The notes: generated by a model not told the origin, from the sequence alone. Shown: positions 10,105 through 20,247, counted from the first letter of the stretch. The stretch: 56,286 bases of DNA from Elusimicrobiota bacterium (GCA_043826435.1 JBDRQF010000054.1:1-56286); one strand, 5' to 3'. Program-made: numbers and translations.

Positions 10105-11042
10105 CTTTTATTCTTAGCGAAAGAGAAAAATCTATTCAGTTCTTTCATCGACCTGTATTGTTGAATTTTTTTTAGAATCCTGATGTATCCTGCGACCGCT
10201 CCGAAAACCTCTTTTGCATTCAGACGGCATATCGCAGACCAGAGAGCCGGGTCGGAGTCAGAAACCCTTGTTAAGTCGCGAAAAGACCCTGCCAGCAGTC
10301 GTCCGGCGTCTTTATTCTTATTATATAAATTCCAGACCAAATTTACAAGCGCCCCCGACAAAATGTGGGGCAGGTGGCTCGTTAAAGCCAGATACCTGTC
10401 GTGCATCGCCGCAGGCATAATTAGGGTCTTCGCCCCCGCCGCCTTCCACATACCGGCTATCTCTTTTAGTGATTTTCCGTTAACCCTTCTCGTTGGTGTA
10501 ATAACTACGGTGGCGCCGTTGAACAGCCCCGCATCGGCAAAAGACACGCCCGTTTTCTCCGAACCGGCAATCGGGTGGGAACCGACAAAAACCCCGGACA
10601 ACGACGGCATTTTTTCAACCTGCCTGATAATTGCGCCCTTTACGCTCCCCGCATCGGTTATGACGCAGGAGCGTTTTACGTGCGGCAATATCCTTTTTGC
10701 GATTTCAACTATCCTGTCAACCGGTACGCACAGGACTACTATGTCTGCATCCCGGACCCCTTCGGCAAAATCGGTCGTCCAACCGTCAATGGCGCCTGTC
10801 CTTTTTGCAAAACGCAGTTTATCCGGATGCCTGCCGACGCCCGTTATTTTTATCCTCCCGCCCCATACCGCCCCGCGTTTTTTAAGGGCTTTGCCCAGCG
10901 AGCCCCCGATGAGCCCCACCCCGATAATTGAAACGTTCTTGCTATTTGAAACATTCTTTCTCCTCAAATTGTTCTTGGGCGACCTACATTCGTAGTTCGC
11001 CCATTTTCTTAAACCAATATTTGAAACATTCTTTCTCCTCAA
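10056..11042 (-). CDS. tyrA: Prephenate/arogenate dehydrogenase (start uncertain, N-terminus duplicated)
   Basis: IIGVGLIGGS Rossmann motif, TDAGSVK, HPIAGSE, HD...SHLPH and GSFRDLTR. The TTG start overlaps the aroF TGA. Confidence 0.92.
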   Translation of the reverse strand: MRRKNVSNIGLRKWANYECRSPKNNLRRKNVSNSKNVSIIGVGLIGGSLGKALKKRGAVWGGRIKITGVGRHPDKLRFAKRTGAIDGWTTDFAEGVRDADIVVLCVPVDRIVEIAKRILPHVKRSCVITDAGSVKGAIIRQVEKMPSLSGVFVGSHPIAGSEKTGVSFADAGLFNGATVVITPTRRVNGKSLKEIAGMWKAAGAKTLIMPAAMHDRYLALTSHLPHILSGALVNLVWNLYNKNKDAGRLLAGSFRDLTRVSDSDPALWSAICRLNAKEVFGAVAGYIRILKKIQQYRSMKELNRFFSFAKNKRCQLLVSGQKKRLKQP

Positions 11043-11050
11043 ATTGTTCT
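10943..11050. repeat. Perfect 33-bp direct repeat (10943-10975, 11018-11050) flanking a 42-bp hairpin-containing spacer
   Basis: tatttgaaacattctttctcctcaaattgttct occurs twice, 75 bp apart. The spacer contains tgggcgacctac-attc-gtagttcgccca. Confidence 0.95.
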
Positions 11051-12052
11051 CCCTATTACAGCCGCCAACTTCTGCAGGTCTTTAACCAGTTCACTGAACT
11101 GCTCGGGCAGCATGCTCTGCGGCCCGTCTGAAAGGGCGTCCTCGGGCCTTATGTGAACCTCCACCATAAGCCCGTCGGCACCTGCAACGATTGACGCCTT
11201 AGCCATCGTCGGGACGAAACTCCTTATACCGACGCCGTGGCTCGGGTCAACGATTACAGGCAGGTGTGATAAACTCTTGATTACCGGGATTGCATTTAAG
11301 TCCAGAGTGAACCTGGTGGAGTCCTCAAAAGTCCTTATCCCCCTCTCGCACAGGATAACCTTATAATTCCCCTGGGACATTATATATTCCGCAGACATCA
11401 GCAGTTCCTTAACCGTGGTCGCCATACCCCTTTTAAGCAGGACGGGCTTATCAACCTTACCCACCTCTTTGAGTAGATCAAAGTTCTGCACGTTCCTCGC
11501 CCCGACCTGCAGGACGTCCGCATACTTATAAACAAGCGGTATCTGATCAATGCGCATAACCTCGGTTACTATCCCCAGCCCTGTCATCCTTTTCGCCTCA
11601 GCCAGGTATTTAAGCCCTTCCTCGCCAAGTCCCTGGAAGGTATAAGGCGAGGTCCTTGGTTTGAAAGCCCCTCCCCTCAGCAAAACCGCCCCCGCCGCCT
11701 TGACCAGTTTTGCAATTTCTATAATGCTCTCCCTGGTCTCCACGGCGCACGGGCCTGCAATAATCGCAATTTTCTTACCGCCTATCTGGACGCCGTTAAT
11801 GTCTATGACGGTGTTTTCTTCCTTAAACTCCCTGCTCGCTAATTTGAACGGTTTTTCAATCTCGGAAATCTGCTCCACGCCTTCAATTGATTCAAATATA
11901 TCCTTGTATCTTTCCGCCTGTTCGCCTATCATCCCGACTATGGTCTTTTTCACCCCGCGGGATATATGCGGCGTAAAACCCAATTGCTTAATCTTTTCAA
12001 GGATGTAGTTGTACTTTTCTTCCGTGATGTCATTCTTGATAACGAGAATCAT
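11039..12052 (-). CDS. aroF: DAHP synthase, class I-beta, with N-terminal regulatory domain
   Basis: Motifs IAGPCAVE, RGGAFKPRTSPY, QVGARN, CERGIRTFE, DPSH and EVH...ALSDG. Confidence 0.96.
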   Translation of the reverse strand: MILVIKNDITEEKYNYILEKIKQLGFTPHISRGVKKTIVGMIGEQAERYKDIFESIEGVEQISEIEKPFKLASREFKEENTVIDINGVQIGGKKIAIIAGPCAVETRESIIEIAKLVKAAGAVLLRGGAFKPRTSPYTFQGLGEEGLKYLAEAKRMTGLGIVTEVMRIDQIPLVYKYADVLQVGARNVQNFDLLKEVGKVDKPVLLKRGMATTVKELLMSAEYIMSQGNYKVILCERGIRTFEDSTRFTLDLNAIPVIKSLSHLPVIVDPSHGVGIRSFVPTMAKASIVAGADGLMVEVHIRPEDALSDGPQSMLPEQFSELVKDLQKLAAVIGRTI

Positions 12053-13205
12053 TTTGTCGCTCCCTTTGGATTTCTTTTATCTTCCTGATAAAAGTTCTGT
12101 TTTCGTCTGCCGCACCTACCGTCACCCTTATATGATTGGGAAAACCGTATTCGTCCACCGACCTGACGATTATACCCTTTTTGAGCAATAAATTAAAAAC
12201 TTCTTTTCCCTTCCGTGGTGAAACATCAACCAGAACAAAATTTGCGGCCGAGGACACGAACGGGAACCCTGATTTTTCAAGTTCCCCGTAGAGGTATTCC
12301 TTACCTTCCCGGACAGCACTCACTGCCTGATGCAACCTTTTCCGGTTCCGGGCGGAATTTTTGAGAGATGCCATGGCGCCTGCCTGGGCAACGGAATTTA
12401 CATTGAACGGCGGCCTGGCCCTGTCAAGAAAGTCAATAATCTCCCCGTTTGCAACCGCCCACCCGACGCGCAGACCAGCGAGTGAATATATCTTTGAGAA
12501 AGTTCTCATTATTATCAGGTTCGGGTAAACCTTTTTTTTGTAGATCTCAATCGTATCGGGATAACCCTTTTCTGCACGGGCGTACTCATAGTACGCCTCG
12601 TCAAAGATAACAAGGGGACGTGTCCCCGCATTGGCACCGCCGCGGGCATCCGATACCCCTGCGAGAAATTCTTTTATTTCGTCGGAAGTATTGTATGTAC
12701 CTGTAGGGTTATTCGGGTTGGCTATGAATATTGCCTTTGTCTTTTTTGTAACCGCGCCAGCCATTGCAACCAGGTCATGCCTATACCCTTTCATCGGGAC
12801 GTTCACGACCCTGCACCCCATAAGTTCAGCCGCCATCCTGTACCTGATAAAAGCATGTTCGCTCACAATTACTTCATCAGACGGGTCAAAAAATGTCTTC
12901 CCGATAAGTTCAATTATCTCGTCAACACCCGAGCCCAGAATAATCTCCCTGTCAGACACCCCGCATCGGATGGCAATCGCCTTTCTCAGAAGGTGGGACG
13001 AACCGTCAGGATAGCGGTTTACTCCCGCCAGAGATTTCTTCATCGCCTTTACGACTTCCTGAGAGGGGCCGCCGGGGTTCTCGTTTGAAGCGAGTTTTAT
13101 TATTTTCCCTTTTATGCCTAACTCCCTCCTGACCTCACCAACCGGCTTACCGGGAACGTACGGCTGAAAACCGAGAATTTCTTTGCGCACCAATTTTTCT
13201 ATCAT
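12030..13205 (-). CDS. hisC: Histidinol-phosphate/aromatic aminotransferase
   Basis: YVPGK, KLASNEN, NPNNPTG, DEAY and RTFSKIYSLAGLRVG (PLP lysine). Start set at MIEKLV. Confidence 0.94.
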   Translation of the reverse strand: MIEKLVRKEILGFQPYVPGKPVGEVRRELGIKGKIIKLASNENPGGPSQEVVKAMKKSLAGVNRYPDGSSHLLRKAIAIRCGVSDREIILGSGVDEIIELIGKTFFDPSDEVIVSEHAFIRYRMAAELMGCRVVNVPMKGYRHDLVAMAGAVTKKTKAIFIANPNNPTGTYNTSDEIKEFLAGVSDARGGANAGTRPLVIFDEAYYEYARAEKGYPDTIEIYKKKVYPNLIIMRTFSKIYSLAGLRVGWAVANGEIIDFLDRARPPFNVNSVAQAGAMASLKNSARNRKRLHQAVSAVREGKEYLYGELEKSGFPFVSSAANFVLVDVSPRKGKEVFNLLLKKGIIVRSVDEYGFPNHIRVTVGAADENRTFIRKIKEIQRERQNDSRYQE

Positions 13206-13286
13206 AAATTTCCCTGAACCCCCCGAAGTTGTACTGCTTTTCACTTGCTGTCTTTTTGGTTTGTTTAACAGCGGAGGATACAGACA

Positions 13287-14360
13287 TTATTCAGCCCGGG
13301 GGTAGGACCCCAGGACCTTCAGGAAAACGCATTGTTTCTTTAATTCTTCAAGCGCCTGCCGTATTTTTCTGTCGGCTATATGGCCAAGAAAATCAATGAA
13401 GAATATGTATTCCCATGCCCTTTTCCTGGTGGGCCTTGATTCTATCTTCGTAAGATTTATCCTGTATCTCCTGAACGGCACAAGCATGTCGTGCAACGCA
13501 CCTACCCTGTCCTTTATTGAGAACATAACGGATGTCTTATCATAGCCCGACCTCTCAACAGATTGATGCCCCACCACCAGGAATCGCGTGTAATTCTCAT
13601 GGGCATCCTCTATTCCTCTCACAACGATTTTCAACCCGTAGGGTTCAGCGGCAACGGAAGAAGCAATGGCTGCCGTCTTTCTGTTTCGTCCTGCAATGTC
13701 TGCTGCGGATGCGGTTGAGGATGTTTCTATAATTTCTGCATCAGCAAGATTCGCTTCAAGGTAGTTCCTGCACTGCCCGAGCGCCTGCGGGTGCGAATAC
13801 ACCTTTTTTATTTTTTTAATCTCTATCTCCCGGGAGAGGAGACAGTGCTCAATGGCCATGTTCATCTCGGAACATATCGCAAGATCCGATTCAATAAACA
13901 TATCCAGGGTGTGACTTATCACCCCCTCGGCTGAATTCTCTATCGGGACCACCCCGTAGTCCGCCCTGCCTTTTTCAACTTCAATAAAAACATCCCTTAT
14001 CGTCTTGGCGGGAACAAAATTGCAATACCGCCCGAATTTTTTTACCGCTGCCTGATGTGTGAATGTCGCAGATGGCCCCAGATAAGAAATTTTGAGTTTG
14101 GACTGGAGAGAGCGGGCGGAGTTAAGTATCTCGGAAAAAATATTTATTAGATATTTCTTCGGCAAGGGTCCCTTGTTCTCGGTCAGAATCCCGGAAATAA
14201 TTTTTTTCTCCCTGTCGGGGATATAAATATCCTCCCCTGTTTTACTCTTTAATTTTCCAATCTCCATAGCATGCCGCGCCCTGTGGTTGAGGAGTGACAC
14301 AATTTTTCCGTCAATGGCGTCAATCGCCCGGCGTAATTTGGCTTTAGTTTGTTTTACCAT
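13287..14360 (-). CDS. pheA: Bifunctional chorismate mutase/prephenate dehydratase (P-protein)
   Basis: CM domain LRRAIDAID...LLNHR...PDRE; PDT motifs VVPIENS, SHPQALGQC and NYTRF; ACT domain with IESRP. Confidence 0.96.
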   Translation of the reverse strand: MVKQTKAKLRRAIDAIDGKIVSLLNHRARHAMEIGKLKSKTGEDIYIPDREKKIISGILTENKGPLPKKYLINIFSEILNSARSLQSKLKISYLGPSATFTHQAAVKKFGRYCNFVPAKTIRDVFIEVEKGRADYGVVPIENSAEGVISHTLDMFIESDLAICSEMNMAIEHCLLSREIEIKKIKKVYSHPQALGQCRNYLEANLADAEIIETSSTASAADIAGRNRKTAAIASSVAAEPYGLKIVVRGIEDAHENYTRFLVVGHQSVERSGYDKTSVMFSIKDRVGALHDMLVPFRRYRINLTKIESRPTRKRAWEYIFFIDFLGHIADRKIRQALEELKKQCVFLKVLGSYPRAE

Positions 14361-15009
14361 ACTGGTTTCTCCGTATTATCAGGGAGAGCATCCTCTCTTT
14401 TTTGTCGCCCCTCCTGTAAGAATAAAATAAGTCCTGCCGGTGATAAGTGCACATCTTATCAGTGTTTGCGCAGGTTATATTTCTAGACGGCACACCGGCT
14501 GCTTTCAGCCGGTATTTTATTTCTGCAGCAAGATCTAAACGCCCGTTTTTATAGCCCGCCGAAAATCTCGCCCCCGTCTCGCTGTTCACGGTGTAGCACC
14601 TCTCGCAGATGTGCGGCCCTATGTGCACAAAAAGATTTGACGCCTTATCAAAAAATGATACCCCGTTTTCAATGATGCCTCCGCACAAACCCCTCCATCC
14701 GACATGTAAAATTCCGATTTTTCGCACTGCCCGTTTATTTATTTCACTCAAAAAAACAGGGACGCAATCAGCGGTAAAAATACCCAACGGCAGACCGGGA
14801 ACGTCGGTAACCAGCCCGTCCGCCCCATGTATTTTCCTGCCGGCATCATCCGCTGTCACGCTGTGGACGGCGCTGCCGTGCACCTGCTCTGTCGTAGTCA
14901 GTTTGGAAAAGGATAGTCCTATGCATTCCATGAGCCCCTGCCTGTTTTTTTCATCGTGCATATCGCCGTCAACTTTCGTCGTGGTTATTTTTATAATGCC
15001 CGGTGCCAT
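14344..15009 (-). CDS. pgeF: PgeF/YfiH peptidoglycan editing factor (laccase-domain family)
   Basis: QVHG, DGLVT, TADCVP, HVGWRG, GPHIC and CT...FYSYRR; near ftsZ. Confidence 0.9.
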   Translation of the reverse strand: MAPGIIKITTTKVDGDMHDEKNRQGLMECIGLSFSKLTTTEQVHGSAVHSVTADDAGRKIHGADGLVTDVPGLPLGIFTADCVPVFLSEINKRAVRKIGILHVGWRGLCGGIIENGVSFFDKASNLFVHIGPHICERCYTVNSETGARFSAGYKNGRLDLAAEIKYRLKAAGVPSRNITCANTDKMCTYHRQDLFYSYRRGDKKERMLSLIIRRNQYGKTN

Positions 15010-16112
15010 CAGAACCTCTCAAGTTTAACAGCCGACTCCGTTGACGATTCAACCCCGCGGACCGTCATCATAAGTTCTTCCTTGCTGGTTGATGCCTCAA
15101 GGGCGTCCTCAATCTTTACCCTGCCTTCCTTGTATAATTTTATCAGCGCCTGGTTGAACGTCTGCATGCCGTAGTACTGCCCCTGTTTTATTATTCCCGA
15201 TATTTCATTAAGGTTGTTGTTCTCTATGTATTTCCTGACAACCGGCGTACCGAGAAGTATCTCAACGGCGGGTATCTGCCCCGAGCCGGACGCCATCGGC
15301 AGGAGCCGCTGGCATACCACACCCTGGAGCGTGTCCGCCAACTGCATCCTTACCTGCCCCTGCTGGTGCGGCGGAAAAAGGTCAACAATCCTTGAGATCG
15401 TCTGAATTGCATCTATCGTGTGAAGCGTACTTAAAACCATGTGGCCCATCTGGGCGGCGGTAATGGCGGCCCGCACCGTTTCAAGGTCTCTCATCTCCCC
15501 GATAAGAATTACGTCGGGGTCCTGGCGGACAATGTTTCTGAGGGCGTCCGCATAGTTCAGCGTGTCAATGCCTATCTCCCTCTGGCTTACTATCGCCTTT
15601 TTATTCACGTGAATAAACTCAATCGGGTCCTCCACCGTAATAATATGGCAGGAAACGGTTGAGTTTATATGGTCTATCATAGCGGCCAACGTACTGCTCT
15701 TACCTGAACCCGTAGGGCCGGTAACCAGGACAAGCCCGTTGTTGTTCTCCGCTATTTTCTTAAGGACAGCCGGCAGGTTAAGTTCTTCTACCGTCGGCAC
15801 GTTCACCGGTATAAACCTTACCGCAACATTTACCCCCCCGCGCTGCTGGTATATGTTCAGGCGGAACCTGCCAAGGTCTTCAATGGTCATGGCGAGGTCG
15901 CACTCGTGTTTTGAATAAAAATTCTTTTTCTGCTCTTCGTTCATAATGCTGACGACCGCCGCCTTTATATCGTCGGCCCCGTATTCGGACGCCCCCTCAA
16001 CGGGATGAATCCTGCCGTCTATCCTGAGGTAGGGTTTGTCGTTCGTCCTTATGTGCACGTCGGACGCCCTTTTGTCCCTCATAATGCCGAGTAGTTTTAT
16101 TATGTCAAGCAT
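15009..16112 (-). CDS. pilT: Type IV pilus retraction ATPase (PilT/PilU family)
   Basis: ASDVHI, GPTGSGKSST, TVEDPIE, RQDPDVILIGEMRD, STLHT and GMQTF. Confidence 0.9.
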   Translation of the reverse strand: MLDIIKLLGIMRDKRASDVHIRTNDKPYLRIDGRIHPVEGASEYGADDIKAAVVSIMNEEQKKNFYSKHECDLAMTIEDLGRFRLNIYQQRGGVNVAVRFIPVNVPTVEELNLPAVLKKIAENNNGLVLVTGPTGSGKSSTLAAMIDHINSTVSCHIITVEDPIEFIHVNKKAIVSQREIGIDTLNYADALRNIVRQDPDVILIGEMRDLETVRAAITAAQMGHMVLSTLHTIDAIQTISRIVDLFPPHQQGQVRMQLADTLQGVVCQRLLPMASGSGQIPAVEILLGTPVVRKYIENNNLNEISGIIKQGQYYGMQTFNQALIKLYKEGRVKIEDALEASTSKEELMMTVRGVESSTESAVKLERF

Positions 16113-16171
16113 TGTCCATTTCTCCTGAAAAACTCATTGCCTCCGGCAGCGTCTTTTATGTAAAGCGGCGG

Positions 16172-17254
16172 TTATTTCAATATCCTGCATTCACGCCTTT
16201 TATACGCAGGGATGTTGAAGTCCTCGTCTGTCGTTTTTTCCGCCGTCCTGTGTTTTTTATCACCCTTCAACGTCCTGTTCTGCGGCAGGAAACCCGTCAC
16301 TATCATCGTAACCCTGACCCTGTTATGGAGGGACAACTCCGTTACATGCCCCAAAAACACCTTGGCATCGCGGCTCACTACATTCTCTATCATCTTCATC
16401 GGGTCTTTTATTTCCTGCAGGGTAAAGTCCGGGCCTGATGTAAAATTTACAAGGACCCCTTTAGCCCCCTCTATTGACACGTCCATAAGCAGGGGCGACC
16501 TGAGCGCCCTATTGACTGCGTCCATAGTGCGGTTTGCCCCCTCTCCCTCTCCGATACCCATAAGCGCCTCGCCCGCACCCCGCATAATCGTGGTAACGTC
16601 TGCAAAATCAACATTCACGTCGCCGGTGGTCGTTATTACGTCCGATATTGCCTGTATCCCCTGGTGCAGAACCTCGTCCGCCATACGGAAAGCGTCTTCA
16701 AGCGGAGTCGTCTTATCCGTTACGTGGAACAACCTCTCGTTCTTTATAAGCAGGAGCGTATCCACGAACTGCCTCAGCTCTTTTATGCCCTCCTCCGCCT
16801 GTTCCGCTCGCATGTGCCCTTCAAACTCAAAGGGCGTCGTAACGACGCCGACGGTAAGGGCATTGAGTGACTGCGCAATCTCAGCCACGAGGGGTGATGC
16901 ACCCGTGCCCGTGCCTTTACCCATGCCTGCGGTAACGAATACCATGTCGGCCCCGAGCAGTTCGTTTTTTATTGACGCCCTGCTTTCTTCCGCCGCCTGC
17001 CTGCCGAGGACCGGGTTGCCCCCGACACCCTTGCCTTTGGCTAATTTGGTCCCTATCTGCAATCTAACGGGCGCAAGGGATTTCCTCAGCACCTGAGCGT
17101 CGGTGTTCATCGCTATAAGTTCTATGCCCTTCACACCCGCCTTCACCATACGGTTTATGGCATTGCCCCCCGCTCCTCCCACACCGACGACCTTGATTAC
17201 TGCCACTTTTGAGTCGCCTGAAATACTCTCTTCAAAACTGACTTTTGATTTCAT
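16172..17254 (-). CDS. ftsZ: Cell division protein FtsZ
   Basis: VVGVGGAGGNA, NTDAQ, GMGKGTGTG, PFEFEG, NVDFAD and C-terminal IPAY. ATGA overlap with ftsA sets the start at 17254. Confidence 0.97.
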   Translation of the reverse strand: MKSKVSFEESISGDSKVAVIKVVGVGGAGGNAINRMVKAGVKGIELIAMNTDAQVLRKSLAPVRLQIGTKLAKGKGVGGNPVLGRQAAEESRASIKNELLGADMVFVTAGMGKGTGTGASPLVAEIAQSLNALTVGVVTTPFEFEGHMRAEQAEEGIKELRQFVDTLLLIKNERLFHVTDKTTPLEDAFRMADEVLHQGIQAISDVITTTGDVNVDFADVTTIMRGAGEALMGIGEGEGANRTMDAVNRALRSPLLMDVSIEGAKGVLVNFTSGPDFTLQEIKDPMKMIENVVSRDAKVFLGHVTELSLHNRVRVTMIVTGFLPQNRTLKGDKKHRTAEKTTDEDFNIPAYKRRECRILK

Positions 17255-18471
17255 GAGAAAAGCTCCCTGACTTTCCTCCACAAAGACATTTTGTGTATGA
17301 TGTTCCGCCTGCCGAACGATTCAAACCCCGTGTTGTATTTCAGCAAACCGATTGCAGTAGCATAACCCGGGTTCGCTACTATTTCCTGCGGGCCCTTGCA
17401 CCCTATGGGCGCTCCTATGCGCGTTTCGACTTCAAGTATCTCGCTGCAAGCTTTCTCGCAACCGTCCAGAAGCGCCCCGCCTCCGGTAATGATTGCGCCG
17501 CCCGGCACTATTATGTCGGCGCAATATGATTTTTCTATTTCATCCTTTATCCTTTCAAACAATTCTTCAAACCTCGGCCGTATTATTTTTGACAGCGCCC
17601 CCACGTCCGTCTTCTTTACTGTCCTGCCGTCAATGGAGGTATAATCCACTTCCTGGTGTTCAATGCCCTTCGGGAACAGCGCTCCGTATTTTTCCTTAAT
17701 CTCCCTTGCCTGCTGAAGGGAAGTCCTGAACGCGTGGGATACGTCTCTCGTAATAATATCGCTCCCGAAAGGTATCTCTTTTGTCAATTTAATGCTCCTG
17801 TCTGCATACACGGCGAGGCCCGTCGTCTGCCCGCCGAAATCAATCAGGAGACAACCCGATTCTCTCTCCTCGTCTCTCACAACAACGTCCCCGGCTGCCA
17901 GAATACCGTATACAGGTTGCGCAACTGCAAAACCTGCCTGTCTCACCGCTTTCGCCAGATTTGTGAGATGCGATTTGATGGCGGTGACTATCAGCACAGA
18001 CACTTCCAGGTAATTTCCCTCCATACCGATCGGGTTGGGTATGCCTTTCTGCCTGTCAAGAGTGTACTCCTGGGGAACTATGTCTATAATCTCCTTTTCG
18101 GAAGATACCTGCACCGTCGCCCTGGCATTGTCTATAACGTCCTCTATGTCTTCATCGTTTATTTCCTTGTCGCTCCTGGAATGGCTGGCCACGCCACGGC
18201 TGGTTATCGTCTCAACAAAAGAACCCCTTATGCCGAGACGAACAGAATGCACGAGTTCGTCAATCTTATCTTCACACTCTTCAATCGCTCTTTTTGTTAC
18301 ATCCACGCACTCACCGATATTCACCACAACGCCACCCTGCATGCCCCTGCTGAATAACCTTGCCCCTGCGAGCACTTCTATTACCCCTCTTGAAGAGTCC
18401 TGCCTGCCGACCGCGCAAGTTATCTGATTTGACCCTGCATCAAGCCCGCATACTATCTCTTGTTTTGGCAT
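17251..18471 (-). CDS. ftsA: Cell division protein FtsA
   Basis: GLDAGS, G..GVVVNI, IDFGGQTT, ITGGGALL, YATAIGL and a C-terminal amphipathic helix (WRKVRELF); directly upstream of ftsZ. Confidence 0.95.
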   Translation of the reverse strand: MPKQEIVCGLDAGSNQITCAVGRQDSSRGVIEVLAGARLFSRGMQGGVVVNIGECVDVTKRAIEECEDKIDELVHSVRLGIRGSFVETITSRGVASHSRSDKEINDEDIEDVIDNARATVQVSSEKEIIDIVPQEYTLDRQKGIPNPIGMEGNYLEVSVLIVTAIKSHLTNLAKAVRQAGFAVAQPVYGILAAGDVVVRDEERESGCLLIDFGGQTTGLAVYADRSIKLTKEIPFGSDIITRDVSHAFRTSLQQAREIKEKYGALFPKGIEHQEVDYTSIDGRTVKKTDVGALSKIIRPRFEELFERIKDEIEKSYCADIIVPGGAIITGGGALLDGCEKACSEILEVETRIGAPIGCKGPQEIVANPGYATAIGLLKYNTGFESFGRRNIIHKMSLWRKVRELFS

Positions 18472-18578
18472 ATTTAACAAAACCTCCTCCGTCGGACGCT
18501 ATCGCCCGTCGCCGATAACATTTGCAGGTATGGGCGGGTTTTCAACAGTGTTCCGCACCCATTGTTATCTGAACACAT

Positions 18579-18608
18579 ATTATAGCATAATTTTGAATTT
18601 CTATGCAA
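18579..18608 (-). promoter_or_regulatory. Putative ftsA promoter
   Basis: Minus strand reads TTGCAT-18 bp-TATAAT with an extended -10 (TGc). Confidence 0.5.
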
Positions 18609-18746
18609 ATATAAATTCCATCCCGATTGCAGACAGGTAAAGGAGAGTATTTAAGGTTGTTAATGGACGAGGTTTTTAGTGATGGGGGTTTGACGATGTG
18701 ATTTATGAAATGGAGGGCGTAAAATTTAAAAGATTCACACAAAAAC

Positions 18747-19058
18747 CTACTTTCCCTTATTACTTGCTTCTCTAATTAATCCTTTGCCTTTTAATATTTC
18801 ATTATACTGAAAACCATCCATAGGACACTTCAACAAATCTCTTAATTGTTTTAAACTATCAAGATGAAGTTGCTTTTTAATTTCTTTAAGTAGATTTTCG
18901 TGATATGTTTTATACGAACTTCCGTGAGAAGTATATGTAGAAATTCCTGTTTCTTTCCCTTTGTAGGTATGATGGAAGTATCTATGTTTTCTATCTGTTT
19001 GGAGGTAAAACCCTTTACTTTTTAATGAGGATTCGATTTCTCTTTTGTCAATTTGCAT
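18747..19058 (-). CDS. HicA-like small basic protein (putative RNase toxin)
   Basis: 103 aa with a HicA-like pattern: REIESSLKSKGF...H(RYF)...T.TSHG...LLKEIKKQL. Confidence 0.6.
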   Translation of the reverse strand: MQIDKREIESSLKSKGFYLQTDRKHRYFHHTYKGKETGISTYTSHGSSYKTYHENLLKEIKKQLHLDSLKQLRDLLKCPMDGFQYNEILKGKGLIREASNKGK

Positions 19059-19510
19059 TATCTTGTTTCTTGTAACAAATTTTCATATAAATTTTTGAGG
19101 TTAATACCCCTACCAATAAGTCGGTTCTTGGGTAAGTTTTTATAGTGCCTATAATAATAGGCTATGTGTGTTTTTAATTTGTTAACAGCCTCTTCCGGAG
19201 ATTCTCCGTCACCGTATATAGATAATGTTTCATTTTCTACAACCCAAAGATTATTGTCTCTAAAGATATTAAGTTTTAGAGGCTTTGTCAACTTATAGCA
19301 TTTATTGTCTATATTTATTGACCATAAAGGGATTAATTCACTCGAAATTTTTTCAGATACATAATTCTTATCTTCAGCAATATCTAGTCCTGTTTTAACC
19401 GAAACTTTTTGTGTAGAATCTAAAAAATTCAAAAGACATACAGGAATATCTTTTTTTCTTTCTTCCATCAATCCATAATTGTAGCTATCTATAGTTGCCA
19501 ATCCATTCAT
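19058..19510 (-). CDS. Protein with a HicB-like partial RNase H domain (putative antitoxin)
   Basis: WVVENETLSIYGDGESPEEAVNKL matches the HicB N-terminal G.T.EEA motif. 1-nt overlap with the HicA-like gene. Confidence 0.55.
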   Translation of the reverse strand: MNGLATIDSYNYGLMEERKKDIPVCLLNFLDSTQKVSVKTGLDIAEDKNYVSEKISSELIPLWSINIDNKCYKLTKPLKLNIFRDNNLWVVENETLSIYGDGESPEEAVNKLKTHIAYYYRHYKNLPKNRLIGRGINLKNLYENLLQETR

Positions 19511-20247
19511 AATGTTTCTCCTTTTAAATATTTTCTATAATCAGTTGTTATTAAATCTTCAAATATTTTGTGCACGTGAAAACGGCTTTCTTTAAGATAA
19601 CACTTAACTTTTTGGAAAAACAAGTTTTCATTCTTTGCGTAGTCAAAATCAAGTAAAAGTGCTTCACGACCTTTGTCAGGAGTCCTCATAGATTCAAGTT
19701 TAGTTGTTATTGAACCATTTTTTATTTTTGATATAAATATTGTGCTCAAATTTTCAATTTGGTTTGGTATACTTTCGGGAAAAACAAGTTTTATCTTTAA
19801 AAATTTTTCCAATGGTACTAGTCCTTCTTCTCTTGTAAAAGGTATTACGTTTATATATCGCAACCCTACTCTATTCAATTTGTTAATCTTAAATAATTTT
19901 CCGAATAAATCAAATATCTTGACTACTTTATTTCGAAAATCATTATAACCTTGATATTTACGCGAGTAATACGCTAACTTATTCATTGAAACCATTATTC
20001 CAGAAGACTGGTCTTTCTTTTCAAAACGGTAGGATTCAAGTGCTAAAGGTATTCCTTCCTTTATAATCGGGACAAGGATATTTGGATAATCTTTTCTAAT
20101 TCTCTTGTAAAATCTGTCTCTATGGCATTCTATAGATGGTTCCCCGGGAAATCTTATTTCAAATACAACTTCAATAAGTGGTGAATTTGGATAAACTTTA
20201 TATTTAAATTTTGGCGATGTTTTAAAATCGTTATTTTTTTTATTCAT
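19507..20247 (-). CDS. TIGR04255 family protein
   Basis: YPNSPLIEVVFEIRF, Y.GY..F, RVGLRYIN, LLDFD and F...IT are the typical motifs of this family. Confidence 0.8.
   Translation of the reverse strand: MNKKNNDFKTSPKFKYKVYPNSPLIEVVFEIRFPGEPSIECHRDRFYKRIRKDYPNILVPIIKEGIPLALESYRFEKKDQSSGIMVSMNKLAYYSRKYQGYNDFRNKVVKIFDLFGKLFKINKLNRVGLRYINVIPFTREEGLVPLEKFLKIKLVFPESIPNQIENLSTIFISKIKNGSITTKLESMRTPDKGREALLLDFDYAKNENLFFQKVKCYLKESRFHVHKIFEDLITTDYRKYLKGETL

Noticed and set aside
10943..11050. Minimal CRISPR array (33-bp repeat, 42-bp spacer)
   Set aside because: Only two repeats; the repeat is the aroF stop / tyrA start sequence itself; the spacer rather than the repeat is palindromic; no cas genes are present.
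18542..18742. 66-aa ORF between the HicA-like gene and ftsA
   Set aside because: It overlaps the predicted ftsA promoter and shows no recognisable family.
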